From: the human T2T-CHM13v2.0 reference genome, Homo sapiens | Direction: 5' to 3' (one strand) | Length of the DNA stretch: 64,000 bases | Assembly (NCBI RefSeq): GCF_009914755.1 | Contig: NC_060931.1 | Part shown: positions 13,451 to 30,589 of the stretch, one piece after another | Numbering within the stretch: the first letter of the stretch is position 1 | Layout of the letters: each line of letters opens with the position of its first letter | Notes under the pieces: generated by a model | Database searches by the model: none | Told to the model about the DNA's origin: nothing | The model's input: only the letters and a program-made list of their open reading frames with translations | Program-made: the position numbers and the translations under genes

Positions 13451-14493
13451 CCAGCAAAAGAATTAAAATTATTTAAAAACAATTTTGATGGTTTAAATAG
13501 GAAAAATACCAAAACAAGTTAATTTCTAACCAACCAAATCAAAACCACATTTAGCATTTAGTGAAAAAATATATATATTTCAATTTTAGAGAAAAAAGAA
13601 CATATATTTTTACTCTCCTGAGAAATTATGCTCCTTATCAAGGCAGCTGTTGAAACTATCTGTGTATCTCTCCAAGATACACAAGTTATGTAATATCTTA
13701 GGAACACCTGGTTAATCCTCTGATTCCTTTGAAGGCAGATTATGTAATTCATGGTTGAGCCTGGTAGGCTCTCTCATGCGATGAGCTGCTTGCCAGGCAC
13801 AAGAGATGACATGCTTTCCCAATGGACACAGAGATGACTCACAATTTCCATTACTGACATAGCGGAACCCACAGGAAAAAAAAAAAACAAAGAGCCCCAC
13901 TCTTTGCTGACCTGCCCCATGGGCAATTCCAACTATGTTTGCTTGGGAGAAATTCTGTTTGCTGACTGATATGTGGTAGTTATGGGACCATGTTTTCCTT
14001 TTGGTATTCTCATAGTTGGTGATGCCTTCTTTTCTAAATCTCATACATTCTAATGTTAAAGTTTGGATTCTTGAGACTTCTTCAAATTAGGATCATTATT
14101 TTTTCTTTCAGGCTATCCTTGGTTTAAAGGATTATGTGATTATGAGAAGGAATATTTAAGATGAAATTTTTATCCTACCCTTTGATAGTCACATCACTTT
14201 ATCCAGCCACCTTGCTCTAAGCAATGGTGATAGCAATGCAGACTACTTTTACCACAGCTGAGATAACTAGAGAGAGAAAATACACAGAAGCCAGCTTCAA
14301 AAGTAAAATATCAAAACCAAGACATAATATATGACAGCTTGATATACATAGAAAATAAATCTCAATTAGTTGATACCTCAAATTCCTTTTGAATTTTATT
14401 GTGAAAAATAATTGTTCTCAATAAGATTATTCCACATATCCTTCCTTGCACAGAACATATTTTGACAAATAATATTTAAACTTTCTTTAAATA

Positions 14494-14668
14494 TTGTTAG
14501 GGTTGTTTGTCCCAAAAGCAGACCCTATGAGTAGGATTTGAGTGAGTAGTTTATTTGGGAGACGAACCCAAGAATCACTGGTGGGAGAATGGGAACTTAA
14601 GACAGGAAAAGAAAATAAGTCAGTATATGGTGTGCAAATGGGCAGGTATCCACTGTGAGCAATTGGGT
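14494..14668 (-). mobile_element. LTR33-like ERVL LTR fragment
   Basis: aagcagaccct...ggatttgagtg...tttatttgggag...ccactgtgagcaattggg. Confidence 0.65.
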
Positions 14669-16029
14669 TTTGATGTAAAGTTTAAAAGCACTAAAGGAAT
14701 CATTGTAACAGTAGCAAATGCACAATGATTGAGGATAATTACTCAGTTTCCTTACTCTTCAGAATAACAATGATTCACTAAATTTATTGATTTAGAAACT
14801 TTAAGACAGGTGAATTATCCAATGATCACAGATGATAATTTGAAAGTTTTTGTATTTTAGAAGTATGTGTGTTTGATGGTGAAAGAAGATTATACAAATG
14901 CATTCTTTATTTTGTTTTCAAATAGTCTTTCTTGAGAAACGAATTTAGCAAAAACTGTGGGATTTCATGGTTCTGATAATTTTACTTTTGTTCTAAGAGC
15001 ACTTTGAATGTGTTATTCTTGCTGCCATAAACTTTTATCCAGAAATTGCCACGTGTAAACTGTTTTTATATTTGTAATAAAATTGTGAATGACCCTTGTC
15101 CCCTATGTAATGTTTCACATGGGAAAGAATTTAACATATGGCCAGGACTACAATATATCTCTTTGGTACTTAACATATTTATTACTTTCTATAATTTTGT
15201 TTTGAGTACTGACTTCCAGAATATACAGTAAATTTTGTTAATCAATTACAGCAATAATTTTAATCCTAGTCATTGCATGTAAATTTCTTTCTTTCTTTCC
15301 TTTTTGCTTTAAATTCTTCATAAAAGGACATTTAAACATGCTACACATGCTACATGTACTTTAACACAATAATATTCCAAGGTTTAGATAGGCTATTTTA
15401 TGGCATATACTAGAGAAGGGTGTCTCTAAACCATTCTTCTCTGTACCAGAAAAAAGACACTTTCTACAAGTGAGCTCTACTATGTCTCCTGTATCTGATT
15501 GTGGTGATTTCAGGAGTCTGGAAATTTTTCACTCAGCCAAAAACTAAAGGTTAAAGACAAAGATGGTAACCACAAGAAAGCAGGAACAAGCAGGGGATGA
15601 CAACATTCACAGATCTGCTCTTCATGTAACCCACGAAAGATCTGTCCCATGAGTGAGCAAGCTACAGGCTTTCCCCCCAAAGAATATATAATTGAGAACA
15701 AAAATAATCAGCAAGACCTTCTCACAGCAATTTTAGGGAAAACTTTTTCAAAATTTTTGTGACTTTCATGTTGGGGAAATGAGTTTGTACACTCTTCCTG
15801 AGCAGCTGTGGCAAGATTTTTCAGGGATAAGACATAGACCCGAGAGAAGTTTTCCACACCACTCACCAAGCAATGGGTGAAGTTAAGTTTCGAGATCAGG
15901 GCAGTAATTTCCAAGAGAGACACAGAAATTAGTACAGTAGATAAGAGAGGGGAAACACTACATAGCTTATATGGGTCAAGAACACTGCTTGAGTTAGGCA
16001 GTCCAAAGGGAGAAACACAAGAAACCCTC

Positions 16030-16215
16030 CACTACTAAAGTTCTCCTAGGGCCCTCAATTACACTTACCCTCATAGAAGAGTTGTTTGCATGTTGAGTCT
16101 GCCTCTCTCCCTGGATCCTGAGCACCTACTGGGCAGGCACCACTTAGCTAAATAACACCCGTCATGCATATTGTCTTAAATATAGTAACACAGTCCCCTG
16201 AGTGTTTAACTCAAT
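16030..16215 (+). mobile_element. L2 3'-end fragment
   Basis: ttgtttgcatgt...ctgcctctctccctggatcctgagcacctactgggcaggcac resembles the L2 3' end. Confidence 0.5.
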
Positions 16216-17319
16216 TATGCTGAAGCAAAGGTCAGGAAAATCAGCCTTCACAGATGTAAGATAAATATTGCCATTCAAATCACAGCTGTGTACATGACTT
16301 TAGTAAAACATGCTTACTTCTTCTAAAAGAAAGGATAAGAAAAGACTGTTAAGCTGTTACTATAATTATTTCACCAGGAAATTGATAACCCCAAAAAAGC
16401 CTGATTGTGACTATGCTGAGGAGTTCTGTGTGCCAAATTAAATAGCTTTTCAGTGAGATCACTACCACATGCAAAATGTGACTGTCAGCATATTTTATTT
16501 TTAGAAGTTTTAATTCCTTTAAAATGCCAACTACTATAAGGACTTAGGCTAAATACTCGTTATCCCTTCATATACACATTAAAGGGTCACAAGTACTCTC
16601 TCTAATCTGCGGTCTCTCTTATATTTATTATCTTCCTTCCATAGTAGAACTTTCTCTGCATAAGCTCAAGGTGAAAGCACCATAGATGCGTCTGCCACTG
16701 AAGAACTCCATCAAGTGTTGCCAAATCTTTAGAAGACTAAAATATGAAATAATTAGGGAATCCAAAGAATAACAGGATGTATAGCATGAGGCTAAAATAC
16801 TATCAATCATGACTTCATATACTGACAGTTTTCTCATATTTTCCTTTTGAATAAGAAGCAGCTAGGGTTTGTCTGAAAATTGTATGCCATGATAAAATAA
16901 ATATCATATTCCTAGTACATGTTTCTTCAGTTGTAGAACAAGTGAGGTAGACTGGAATAACATTTGTTGATGACTTAAGACTGCTTTCTAAGCTTTAAAT
17001 TTATCCCACTGACTTTAAGAATTAAATCTCAATATAATTATGGTGTGTGTTTGGTTTTGAAGTTGTTGAAATGACCTGGCTCAGAGAAAAAAGAAAAGGA
17101 CCCTAACATTTTAGAGGATATACAAGCTTTAAAATACGGAAGAGAATCTAAAATTATTTTTGAAATGTGAAGAACTATATTTTCACCTGACAAATTATAT
17201 TTTCCAATCTCACAAGCAGTCAATATTATGATGTTTAAGATTCATCTCCTCAGCAAAAACACATTCAAGATTTAATAAAACTAAAGGATTTCATTCAAAA
17301 TAATGAAATAAATAAAAGA

Positions 17320-20030
<2,711 letters not shown>

Positions 20031-22119
20031 TGTAATGAATGATGTAAGTCCATTGAAGTCACACTTTTACTTCTGGAATGTGAAGCTGTATTTCACTGAA
20101 AGCACATTTGGGGAGTTAAGTTGGAAAATTAAATAGATTTACAGAGTCAGAAATAAGAGTTTTCTCTGTCACCCTCCCTCATTGTAAATTTGATGCATGC
20201 TGGTTAGAGCATTCTAAAATTATTAGTTTCTAGTGTAGGATCAGTATGCCATTATGTTAGCTTTTAATTAAATGGAGCAAAGTTGTTAACAGAGCATGAC
20301 TTTTTTTTTTCAATTATACATTGAGTTTCTACAGCAATGACTAAAGAAGGCTTATGTTTTTCACATGGTCTTTGACACATGAGAAATGGGCTTACAAGCC
20401 TCCCTTTTCATGACAGCATCCTAAAGATTTCTGCACTTGGATAGGGTAACACTCACAAAAATAATTTAGGCCCCATTTTATTTTTAGGATATAAGAAGAA
20501 AAGAAACATCAAGGTCTTATTTGAAACAAATAAATACAAATAATTGCAGAGCCTCTGCAAAAAGATACAGAATAAAAGTAAAGGAGATCAAACTGAATCT
20601 AAAAACTTCAATAGTGACTGATTAAGATTGGCTTTGCTCGCTCTCTCTTTTTTTACTCTTAGCAGTTCAGTATAAAGGCTATCAATATGAATTATCTTTA
20701 AATTTGTATAAAATACCTCCAAATATTCTGAAAATATATGTAGCTTTATTCCTTAATAAACAAAGAAAACAACAGCTCTAAAAATACTTAGCAAGAACTC
20801 TCTAAGCAGGTTAGAATTCAAGCATAATATGTGGTTCATGCCCTCTTAATGAAAGGGAATAAATAATGTTGAAAAATAATGGAACACTTAAAATTAAAGA
20901 ATAACGAGCAGAGAAGTTATAAGGAAGAAAAAAGAGAAATGCATAAAAATACAATCTGAGAATAACTTGGAAAAAATTAATGTATTTCATTCATGCCAGA
21001 GAATTATTTTCCTTCTATCCTTGTCTTTCTAACTAACAGGACATAATTCTGTTACACCCAAGCAACATCAATGCTACTTTCATTTGACATAAAATCTATA
21101 CTCACTGGAACTTTGTGAGCATCAAACACAAGTTTCTATGGCACAATATCTTAAAATATATGTAGGAAATTATGACTCTTACACAAAGAGCTTGCCAGAT
21201 TCTTTCAACAAGCATTGATCTCACAGTCAGTTTTCAATGTGGTATTTTAAGTGATTGAAATATTTACGTGTACCATTAGAAATTGCTTTATCACATGGGA
21301 ATATAACATTTTATGATAAACTATTGTTCTATTTCTCCAGTCTATGTTATTTTCAAAAATTATTGCTGAAATGGAGTTTTTTTTCAATATCAATCAAATC
21401 AAGATATAGAGAAGCAAAATTAACATAGGACAAAATGCCTTGAAGATACATATTCTCTCAAGCTGTGCAAAATTCTAAGACACAATCAATAGAAAGAAAA
21501 CAATACTTTATACTTGTATACAACTCTTTACCAAATGCTTATAGAACATTTTTAAAACATGATCACTAACCCATGTCTATATATGTGGAAATAAATACAT
21601 ACATAAATGATAAAGAAGCCAAGAAGCTAAAAACAGTAGTCAATCTTCCAAAAATGTATTACTAATCCTTACTATAATCATATAAGTACCCACAATTTCA
21701 TCAGTTATAGTAGAACCTCCTCTCTCTAAACTTCCATAAAAAATTTTCAGAGCTCTGCAACTTCTAACCCACATGTTCCTACATTTTGATTGTGTAGCCT
21801 CAGGAAGTTCATAGTATAATTAAGGAATGACAACTGCTGAGCATGCCAACAATGAATGGAAGAAGAGAAAAGAAGTATTGAGGTATGAATAAGCCAAGCT
21901 GTAATTGGGTAGAGCAGAAGAGAGAGCAGATGGCTACATTTTCTGGACATCTGTTGAGAACTGGATACTTATTAGAAGGCAGTGAATTCTGAATTGGCAT
22001 AAAACATCAGCCTAGAAGATTATTCTATTAGACATTATTGGAATGACTTAGGGTGGTTTGAGGTCAAGTAAGAATTGTTATTATTAATTATTATTATTAT
22101 AACATTTTATACTCTTTAA

Positions 22120-22270
22120 GACATTTTCATATAAAATATTGTATTTCTTCCTTTCAATATTTCCATTTTTCTTGTCAGAAAATTGAAACAGAGTTTAATG
22201 ACCTGCCCAAGCACAAATTAGGGATGCTAGTGATAGGACTAGCTCAAATACCTTCTTCCTTAGAACTGTA
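22120..22270 (-). mobile_element. MIR fragment
   Basis: ccatttttcttgtcagaaaattgaaacagagtttaatgacctgcccaag, the MIR core. Confidence 0.55.
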
Positions 22271-23495
22271 TTTTTTAAACTTACAGAGCAGAGTAAAAAG
22301 TTTAGAGTCAAATCAACTTGACTGAAGAAATTGTTTTGGCAGTATATATATTCTTGTTAGGACTTTGTTAAACTTATAGTTAAATAAATCCTTTTCTTTT
22401 TTATATGTGTAAAAGGAAACACTCCAAATCAATATGCAAAGAAATCCAATGGATCACCAGTAGAGATAAGCTAATTTATTTCAAGTTGCCTCCATAGAGT
22501 TTTAACATACAACATCTTACCTTCCTTGTCATTTTATATTAGAAATATAAAAGAATATTCAAATATTAAACAGAACATATTATTTTGTCCTTGGATTCGG
22601 CTCATGACTCATACCTCCTACTATATACCAAAACATGGATGATAGACATAAATGTAAAATTTAAAACTATAAAACTTCTTGAAGAAAATAGAAAAAAGTT
22701 CTTGTGACATTCAGTTACTCAAAGATTTTTGAAAAGAAAATAAAAACCAGGAATAATAAGAAATAAATTATACTATATCAAAATTAAAATTTATGACTTC
22801 AAAAAATGCTGTTGCAAAATGAAAAGCAAAGCCATAGACTGGGTGGAAATGTGTAAAAAGTGTATAGATGCAAATAACTAGTTTTTAGAATAAACACTCA
22901 AAAGTGAAAAACTAAAATCAAAAACAAAAACTAACCCAATGAAAACTGGATAAAAGATTTAAAAAGACACCCTATCTAACAAGACATACAGATTGCAGGT
23001 AAGCACATGAAAAGATACTCACATCACTGGTCATGAAAACTCAATGATATCCCACTGCATATATGTTAGAATATGGAAACAAACAAACTTAACAATACCA
23101 ACTGTTGACAAGGATTTGAAGCAACTAAAACTTTTATGAATTCCTGGTGGGAATGTACCATAGTAAGATCTCTGAAAGGCAGTTTGGCATGCACTTAACC
23201 ATATGACTCAGCAATCTCACCCCTATGTATTTATTCAACGCAAATGAAAACATTGTCTACCCAAAAACCTGTATGTGAATGAATCCTTTTAGCAGCTTTA
23301 TTCATATTCACCCAAAACTAGAAACAACCAAAATTTCCATCAACTAGTGAAGTGATAATCAAATTGTGGTACATTCATGCAATGGAATATTACTCCAAAC
23401 AAAAAGAAACAAACTATGTGGACTGACAAAATGTAACCATCATGCTAAGAAAAAAAACGACTGAAATCATAAACATTGTATGAATCCATTTAAAT

Positions 23496-23796
23496 CAGGG
23501 GTCCCCCAACCTCCAGGCCACAGACTGGTAGTGGTCTGGGGCCTGTTAGGAACTGGGTCACACAGCAGGATGTGAGTGGCAGGCCAGCAAGCATTACCGC
23601 CTAAGCTCTGGCTCCTGTCAGATCAGAGGCAGCATTAGATTCTCATAGGAGCATGAACCCTATTGTGAACTGCACATGCCAGGGATCTAAGTTGGGTGCT
23701 CCTTATGAAAATCTAATGCCTGATGATCTGTGGGGGAACAGTTTCATTCTGAAATCATACCCACCAACTCCATGCCACAAAAGTTGGGGATTGCTG
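23496..23796 (+). mobile_element. MER1B (hAT-Charlie MITE)
   Basis: Termini caggggtcccc...gttggggattgctg. Perfect 8-bp TSD ATTTAAAT at 23488-23495 and 23797-23804. Confidence 0.93.
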
Positions 23797-25174
23797 ATTT
23801 AAATGCATTCTGGAAGGAGGGGCCAAGATGATTGAGCAGAACAGCTCTGGTCTGTAGCTCCCACCGAGATAAACATAAACAGCGAGTGAATTCTGCATTT
23901 CCAACTGTGGTGCCCGGATTCTCTCACTGGGACTGACTAGGCAGTTCCTGCAAGGAAAAGCAGGATGGGGCGATGGTTCACCCAGGAGCTGCACAGGGCA
24001 AAGGGACCTCCCTCCCCTAGCCAAGGGAGATGGGGAAGAATTGTGTTACCTGCCTGGGGAATGCTTTTCCCATGAACTTTTTGCAACCCGTGGATCAGGA
24101 GATTCCCTCGTGAGCCCACACCATCAGGGCCTTGGGTCCCATACACAAAGCTGTGCGGACCTACAGCAGCCACTGAGATTGGTGGCCGCTTGGACAGGCA
24201 CTGAGCTCGAGGAGTTTTTGCATACTCCTCCAGCTCCTGGAACTCCAATGAGGTAGATGATCTGTCTAGTCCCAAGGGAAGAGGGCTGAAGCCAGGGAGC
24301 CAACCAGCCTCCCTCACTGCGTCCCACCCAGACAGAATCCCACAAGCGAAAGACCCACTGGCTTGGGTTCCCAGCTGGCCAGCACAGGAGCCTCGAGTCT
24401 ACCTAAGACTATTGAGTTCCCAAGGGAAGGCGCGATCACCATTACTGCAGATCGAATCAGCAGTTTTCCCCTGCCAGTGCTAGGAAGACTGGGCAGAATT
24501 CCCCACAGTGCAGCAAAGCGGCTGTGGCAGATCATGGCCAGACTGCTTCTTCAGGTGGGACCTAGATTTATCCCTCCTCACTGGGTAGGGCCTCCCTGCA
24601 GGAATTTCATCAACTCCAGCCAAGGGTTTACAGACAGAACTCTCATTTTCCTGGGACAGAGAACCTGGGGAGAGGGGTGGCCATGGTCTCAGGCTCAGTA
24701 GACTTAATTCTTCCTGCCTGTTGGCTCTGAAAAGTCCAGGGGATCTAGATGAGGGGGATTCCTGTGCGCCCACTCTGCTAAGGGACGGCCAGATTGCTTT
24801 TATTTTTAAGTGAGCCCCTGATCCCATGCCTCCTGACTGGGTGAGACCTCCCAACAGGGGAGTCACAAGACACCTCATACAGGAGAGTTCCAGCTGGCAT
24901 CAGGTCAGTGCCACTCTGTGATGAAGTTTCCAGAGGAAGGAGCAGGCAGCAGTCTTTACTGTTCTGTAGCCTCCACTAGTGATACTCAGGTGGACAAAGT
25001 CTATGGTGGACCCCCAGCAAACTGCAGCAGACCTGCAGAAGAGGGGCCTGACTGATAAAAGAAAAACAAACAAACAAACAGAAAGCAACAACAACATCAA
25101 CAAGAAAGACCCCACAAAAAACCCTATCCAAAGGTCAACAGCCTCAAATATCAAAGATAGATAAATCCAAGTAG

Positions 25175-26180
25175 ATGAGGAAAAACAATGCAAAAACGCT
25201 GAAAATTCTAAAAGCCAGAATGCCTCTTCTCTTCCAAATGATTGCAACACCTCTCCAGCAAGGGCACAGAACTGGGCTGAAGCTGAGTTGGATGAACTGA
25301 CAGAAGTAGGCTTCAGAAAGTGGGCAATAATGAACTTTGCTGAGCTAAAGGGTTGTATTCTAACCCAATGCAAAGAAGCTAAGAACCATGATAAAAGATT
25401 ATGGGAGCTGTTAATTAGAATAAGCAGTTTAGAGAGGAAAATAAATGACTTGATGGAGCTGAAAAACACAGCATGAGAACTTCATGATGCAAACACCAGT
25501 ATCAATAGCTGAACTGACCAAGCGGAAGAAAGAATATCAGACCTTGAAGACTATCTTGCTGAATTAAGGCATGCAGATAAGATTAGAGAAAAAAGAATGA
25601 AAAGGAACGAACAAAACCTCTGAGAATTATGGAATGATGTAAAAAGACTGAACCTAGGACTGATTGGAGTACCTGAAAGAGATGGGAAGAATGGAATCAA
25701 GTTGGAAAACACATTCCAGGATATCATCCAGGAGAACTTCCCCAACCTAGCAAGACAGGCCAACATTCAAATTCAGAAATCCAGAGAACCCCAGTAAGAT
25801 ACTCCATAAGAAGATCAACCCCAAAGCACATAATCATCAGATTCTCCAAGGTCGCTATGAAGGAAAAAAGGTTAAGAGCAGCAAGAGAGAAAGGCCAAGT
25901 CACTTACAAAGGGAAGCCCACCACACTAACAACAGACCTCTCGGTGGAAACCCTAAAAGCCAGAAGAAATTGGGGACCAATATTAAACATTCTTAAAGAA
26001 AAGGTTTCCAACCCAGAATTTCATATCCAGCCAAACTAAGCTTTATAAGTGAAAGATAAAATCCTTTTCAGACAAGGAAATGCTGAGGGATTTTGTCACC
26101 ACCAGGCGTGCCTTGCAAGAGCAGCACTAAACATGAGAAGGAAAAACTGTTGCCAGGCACCACAAAAACACACTGAAGTA
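25175..26180 (+). pseudogene. L1 ORF1p remnant (stops and frameshifts)
   Basis: Fragments MDELTEVGFRKW...LMELKNTA and MKEKRLRAAREKGQVTYKGKP. Confidence 0.85.
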
Positions 26181-26246
26181 CACAGACCAATGACACTATG
26201 AAGCAAGACATTAACAAGTCTGCAAAATTAACTAGACAGCATCATG

Positions 26247-29200
26247 ATGACAGGATCAAATTCACACATAACAATATTAACCTTAAATGTAAATGGCCTA
26301 AATTCCCCAATTAAAAGACACAGAATGGCAAGCTGGATAAAAAGACAAGATCCATCTGTGTGTTGTATTCATGAAACACGTCATGTGCAAAGACACACAT
26401 AGGCTCAAAATAAAGGGATGGAGGAAAATTTAACAAGCAAATGGAAAGCAGAAAAAAAAATAGGGGTTTCAATCCGAGTTTCTGACAAAATAGACTTTAA
26501 ACCAACAAAGATAAAAAAAGACAAAGAAGATAATTACATAATGATAAAGGATCCAATTCAACAAGAAGAGCTAACTATCCTAAATATATTTGCACCCAAT
26601 ACAGGAGCACCCAGATTCATAAAACAAGTTCTTAAAGACCTGCAAAGAGACTTAGACCCCTATACAATAATAGTTGGAGATTTTAATACCCCATTGTCAA
26701 TATTAGACAGATCATCAAGACTGAAAATTAACAAAGATATTTTGGACTTGAACTCTGCTCTGGATCAAGTGGACCTGATAGATATCTACAGAACTTTCCA
26801 CCCAAAATCAACAGAATATACATTTTTCTTGGCACCATATGGCTCTTACTCTAAAATTGATCACATAATTGGAAGTAAAACACTCCTCAGCAAATGCAAA
26901 AGACCTGAAATCATAACAGTCTCTCAGACCACAGCACAATCAAATTTAGAACTCAAGATTAAGAAACTCACTCAAAACCACAAAACTACATGGAAATTGA
27001 ACAATATGCTTCTGAATGACTTCTGGGTAAATAATGAAATAAGGGCAGAAGTCAAGAAGTTCTTTGAAACTAATGAGAAAAAAGAGATAATGTACCAGAA
27101 TCTCTGGGACACAGCTAAAGGAGGGTTAATAGGGAAATGTATAGCACTAAATGCCCACATCAGAAAGCTAGAAAGACATCAAATCAGCATCCAAACTTCG
27201 CAAAAAAAAAAAAAATTAGAGAACAAAGAGCAAACAAACCCCAGAGCTAGAAGAAGACAAGGAATAACCAACCTCAGAGTGAAAGTGAAGGAGGCAGAGA
27301 CATAAAAAAAAAACCCTTAAAAGAATCAATGAATCCAGGAGCTGGCTTTTTGAAATAATCAATCAAATACAGAGACCACTAGCTACACTAATAAAGAAGA
27401 AAAGAGAGAAGTTTCAAAGAAAGACAATCAGAAATGATAAGGGGGATACCACCAGTGACCCCATAGAAACATAAACAATCATAAGAGAATACTATAAACA
27501 ACTCTATGCACATAAACCAGAAAATCTAGTAGAAATGGATAAACTCCTTGGCACATACACCCTTCCAAGACTGAACTAGGAAGAAGTTGAATCCCTGAAC
27601 AGACCAAAAACAAGTTCTGTAATTGAGGCAGTAATAAATAGCCTACCAAGCAAAAATAGCCAAGGTCTAGATGGATTTACAGTTGAATTTTACCAGAGGT
27701 ACAAATGAAGCTAGTACCACTTCTTCGGAAACTATTTCAAATGATTGAAAAGGAGGGACTCCTCCCTAACTCATTTTATGAGGCCAGCATAATCCTGGTA
27801 CCAAAACCTGGTAGATACAACAAAAAAAGAAAACTTCAAGTCAATATCCCTGGTGAAAATCGATGCAAAAATCCTCAGTAAAATACTGGCAAACTGAATC
27901 AAGCAGCACATCAAAAAGCTTATCCACCATGATCAAATCAGCTTCAACCACAGGATGCAAGACTGGTTCAACATATGCAAATCAATAAACATAATTCATT
28001 GTAAAACAGAACTACAGACAAAAACCACATGATTATCTCAATAGATGAAGAAAAGACCTTCGATAAAATTCAACATCCCTTCATGTTAAAAACTCTCAAT
28101 AACTAAGTATTGAAGGAACAAACCTCAAAATAATAAGAGCCATTTATGACAAACCCACAGCCAATATCATGCTGAATGGACAAAAGCTGGAAACACTCCC
28201 CTTGAAAACCAGCACAAGACAAGGATGCCTTTCCTCACCACTCTTATTCAACACAGTATTGGAAGTTCTGGCCAGGGCAATCAAGCAAGAGAAATAAATA
28301 AAGCATATTTAAATAGGAAGAGAGGAAGTCAAATTGTCTTTGCAGATTACATGATCCTATATCCAGAAAACCCCATTGACTCAGCCCAAAAGCTTCTTAA
28401 ACTGATAAGCAACTTCAGCAAACTCTCAGGATACAAGATCAATGTGCAAAAATCACAACCATTCCTGTACCCCAACAACAGACAAGCAAATTATGAATAA
28501 ACCCAAAACCCAAATTATAAATGAACTCCCATTCACAATTGCCACAAAGAGAATAAAATATCTAGGAATACCGCTAACAAGGAAAGTGAAGGTTCTCTTC
28601 AAAGAGAACTACAAACCACTGCTCAAGGAAATCAGAGAGGACACAAACAAATGGAAAAACATTCTAAGCTCAGGAATAGAAAGAATCAATATCATGAAAA
28701 TGGCCTACTGCCCAAAGGAATTTATAGATTTAATGCTATACCCATCAAACTACCATTGACATTCTTTACAGAATTAGAAAAAAAAATTTTTAATTTATAT
28801 GGAACCAAGAAAGAGCCTGAATAGCCAACACAATCCTAAGCAAGAAGTACAAAGCTGGAGACATAATGCTATCTGACTTCAAACTGTACTGCAACGCTAC
28901 AGTAACCAAAACTGCATGGTACTGGTACAAAAACAGGCACATAGACCAGTGAAACAGAATAGAGGACTCGGAAATAAAACTACATGTCTACAACCATCTG
29001 ATCTTCAACAAACCTGACAAAAACAAGCAATGGGGGAAAGGATTCCCTATTTAATAAATGGTGCTGGGAGAACTGGCTAGCCACATGCAAAAAAATTGAA
29101 ACTGACCCTTTCCTTACACCTTCTACAAAAATTAACTCAAGATAGATTAAAGACTTAAATGTAAAACCCAAAACTATAAAATCCCTAGGAGAAAATCTAG

Positions 29201-30080
29201 GCAATACCATTCTGGACATAGGCATGGACAAAGATTTTATGATGAAATCGCCAAAAGTAATTGCAACAATAGCAAAAAATGACAAATGGGATCTAATTAA
29301 ACTAAAGAGATTCCGCAGAGCAAAAGAGACTATCATCAGAGCAAACAGAGAGCCTACAGAAAGGGAGAAAATTTTTGCAATCTATCCATCTGACAAAGGT
29401 CTAATATTCAGAGTCTACAAGGAACTTAAGCAAATTTACAAGAAAAAAAACAACCCCATTAAAAAGTAAGCAAAGGACATGAACAGACACTTCTTAAAAG
29501 AAGACATATATGTGGGCAATGAACATATGAAAAAAAGCTCAACATCACTGATCATTAGATAAATGCAAATAAAAAACTCAATGAAATACCAACTCACGCC
29601 AGTCAGAATGAGGATTATTAAGAAGTCAAGAAACAACAGATGCTGGCTAGGTAGTGGAGAAATAGGAACGCTTTTACACTCTTGGTGGGAATGTAAATTA
29701 GTTCAACCATTGTGGAACACAGTGTGGTGATTCCTCAAAGATTTGGAGCCGGAAATACCATTTGACCCAGCAATCCCATTACTGGGTATATAGGCAGAGA
29801 AGTATAAATCATTCTATTATAAAGACACATGCACGTGTACGTTCATTGCAGCACTATTTACAACAGCAAAGTCACAGAATCAACCCAATGCCCATCAATG
29901 ATCGACCGGATTAAAAAAATGTGTTACATATATGCCATGGAATACTATGCAGCCATAAAAAGGAACAAAACCATGTCCTTTGCAGGGACATGGATGAAGC
30001 TGGAAGCCATTATCCTCAGCAAACTAATGCAGGAACAGAAAACCAAACACCACATGTTCTCACTTGCAAGTGGGAGCTGA
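26247..30080 (+). pseudogene. L1 ORF2p remnant (EN/RT, multiply disrupted)
   Basis: ATGACAGGATCAAATTCACAC start. Fragments with [15 protein letters not shown] and FADYMILY. The SDH motif is lost. Confidence 0.9.
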
Positions 30081-30589
30081 ACAATGGAACACATGGACAC
30101 AGGGAGGGAAACAACACACACTGGTGCCTGTCAGGGGAGGACAGGGGCAGGGAGAGCATCAGGAAAAATAGCTCATGCATGCCTGGCTTAATTCCTAAGT
30201 AATAGGTTGATAGGTGCAGCAAACCACCATGGCACACATGTAGCCATGTAACAAACCTGCACATACCTCATATATACCCTGGTACTTAAAATAAAAATAA
30301 TAAATAAATGACATTCTGCAAGAGACAAACTATAAGGACAGAAATGAGATCAGTGGTTGTCCAGGGATGGGAGTGTGGAATGCTGACTGACTACAAGGAA
30401 CACTGGAAAGCAAGGAAAGTATTTAGGATGATGTAAATATGTTATTTCTTGTTTGTGGTAGTGGTTGCATACCTACATATGACTGTCAAAACTCAGAATG
30501 GTACACCTATAAAGAGTAAATTATAACTTTATAAACTTGATGTTACAAGACGGCACATGAGAGTTTGTGACTAGGTTGCTAAGTGTCCC

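Larger units (their letters stand above)
23816..30305 (+). mobile_element. Full-length L1PA10/11-like LINE-1 (about 6.5 kb), inactive
   Basis: Starts ggaggggccaagatg, has a long 5'UTR, fragmented ORF1/ORF2, an older L1PA 3'UTR and an A-rich tail. TSD aaatgcattctggaa (23801-23815) / aaatgacattctgcaa (30306-30321). Confidence 0.93.
22595..30540 (+). mobile_element. Old L1M (L1MC/MD/ME-like) 3' portion: 22595-23495 and 30306-30540, hosting MER1B and the full-length L1PA
   Basis: ORF2 end and 3'UTR motifs (aaactataaaacttcttgaagaaaatag, gcacatgaaaagatactcacatcac) resume colinearly after 30321 (caaactata...gatcagtggttgtccaggg). Confidence 0.85.

Noticed and set aside
16060-16075. Strong - strand donor (AGG|GTAAGT)
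   Set aside because: It lies in an L2 3'-end remnant, with no coherent coding exon upstream.
23755-25469. Cluster of 70-190 aa ORFs on both strands
   Set aside because: These are GC-richer L1 5'UTR and antisense-ORF1 shadows, not host genes.
26418-27305. 295-aa ORF as a second intact endonuclease
   Set aside because: It lacks the N-terminal N14/E43 region, and the SDH motif is lost to a local frameshift.
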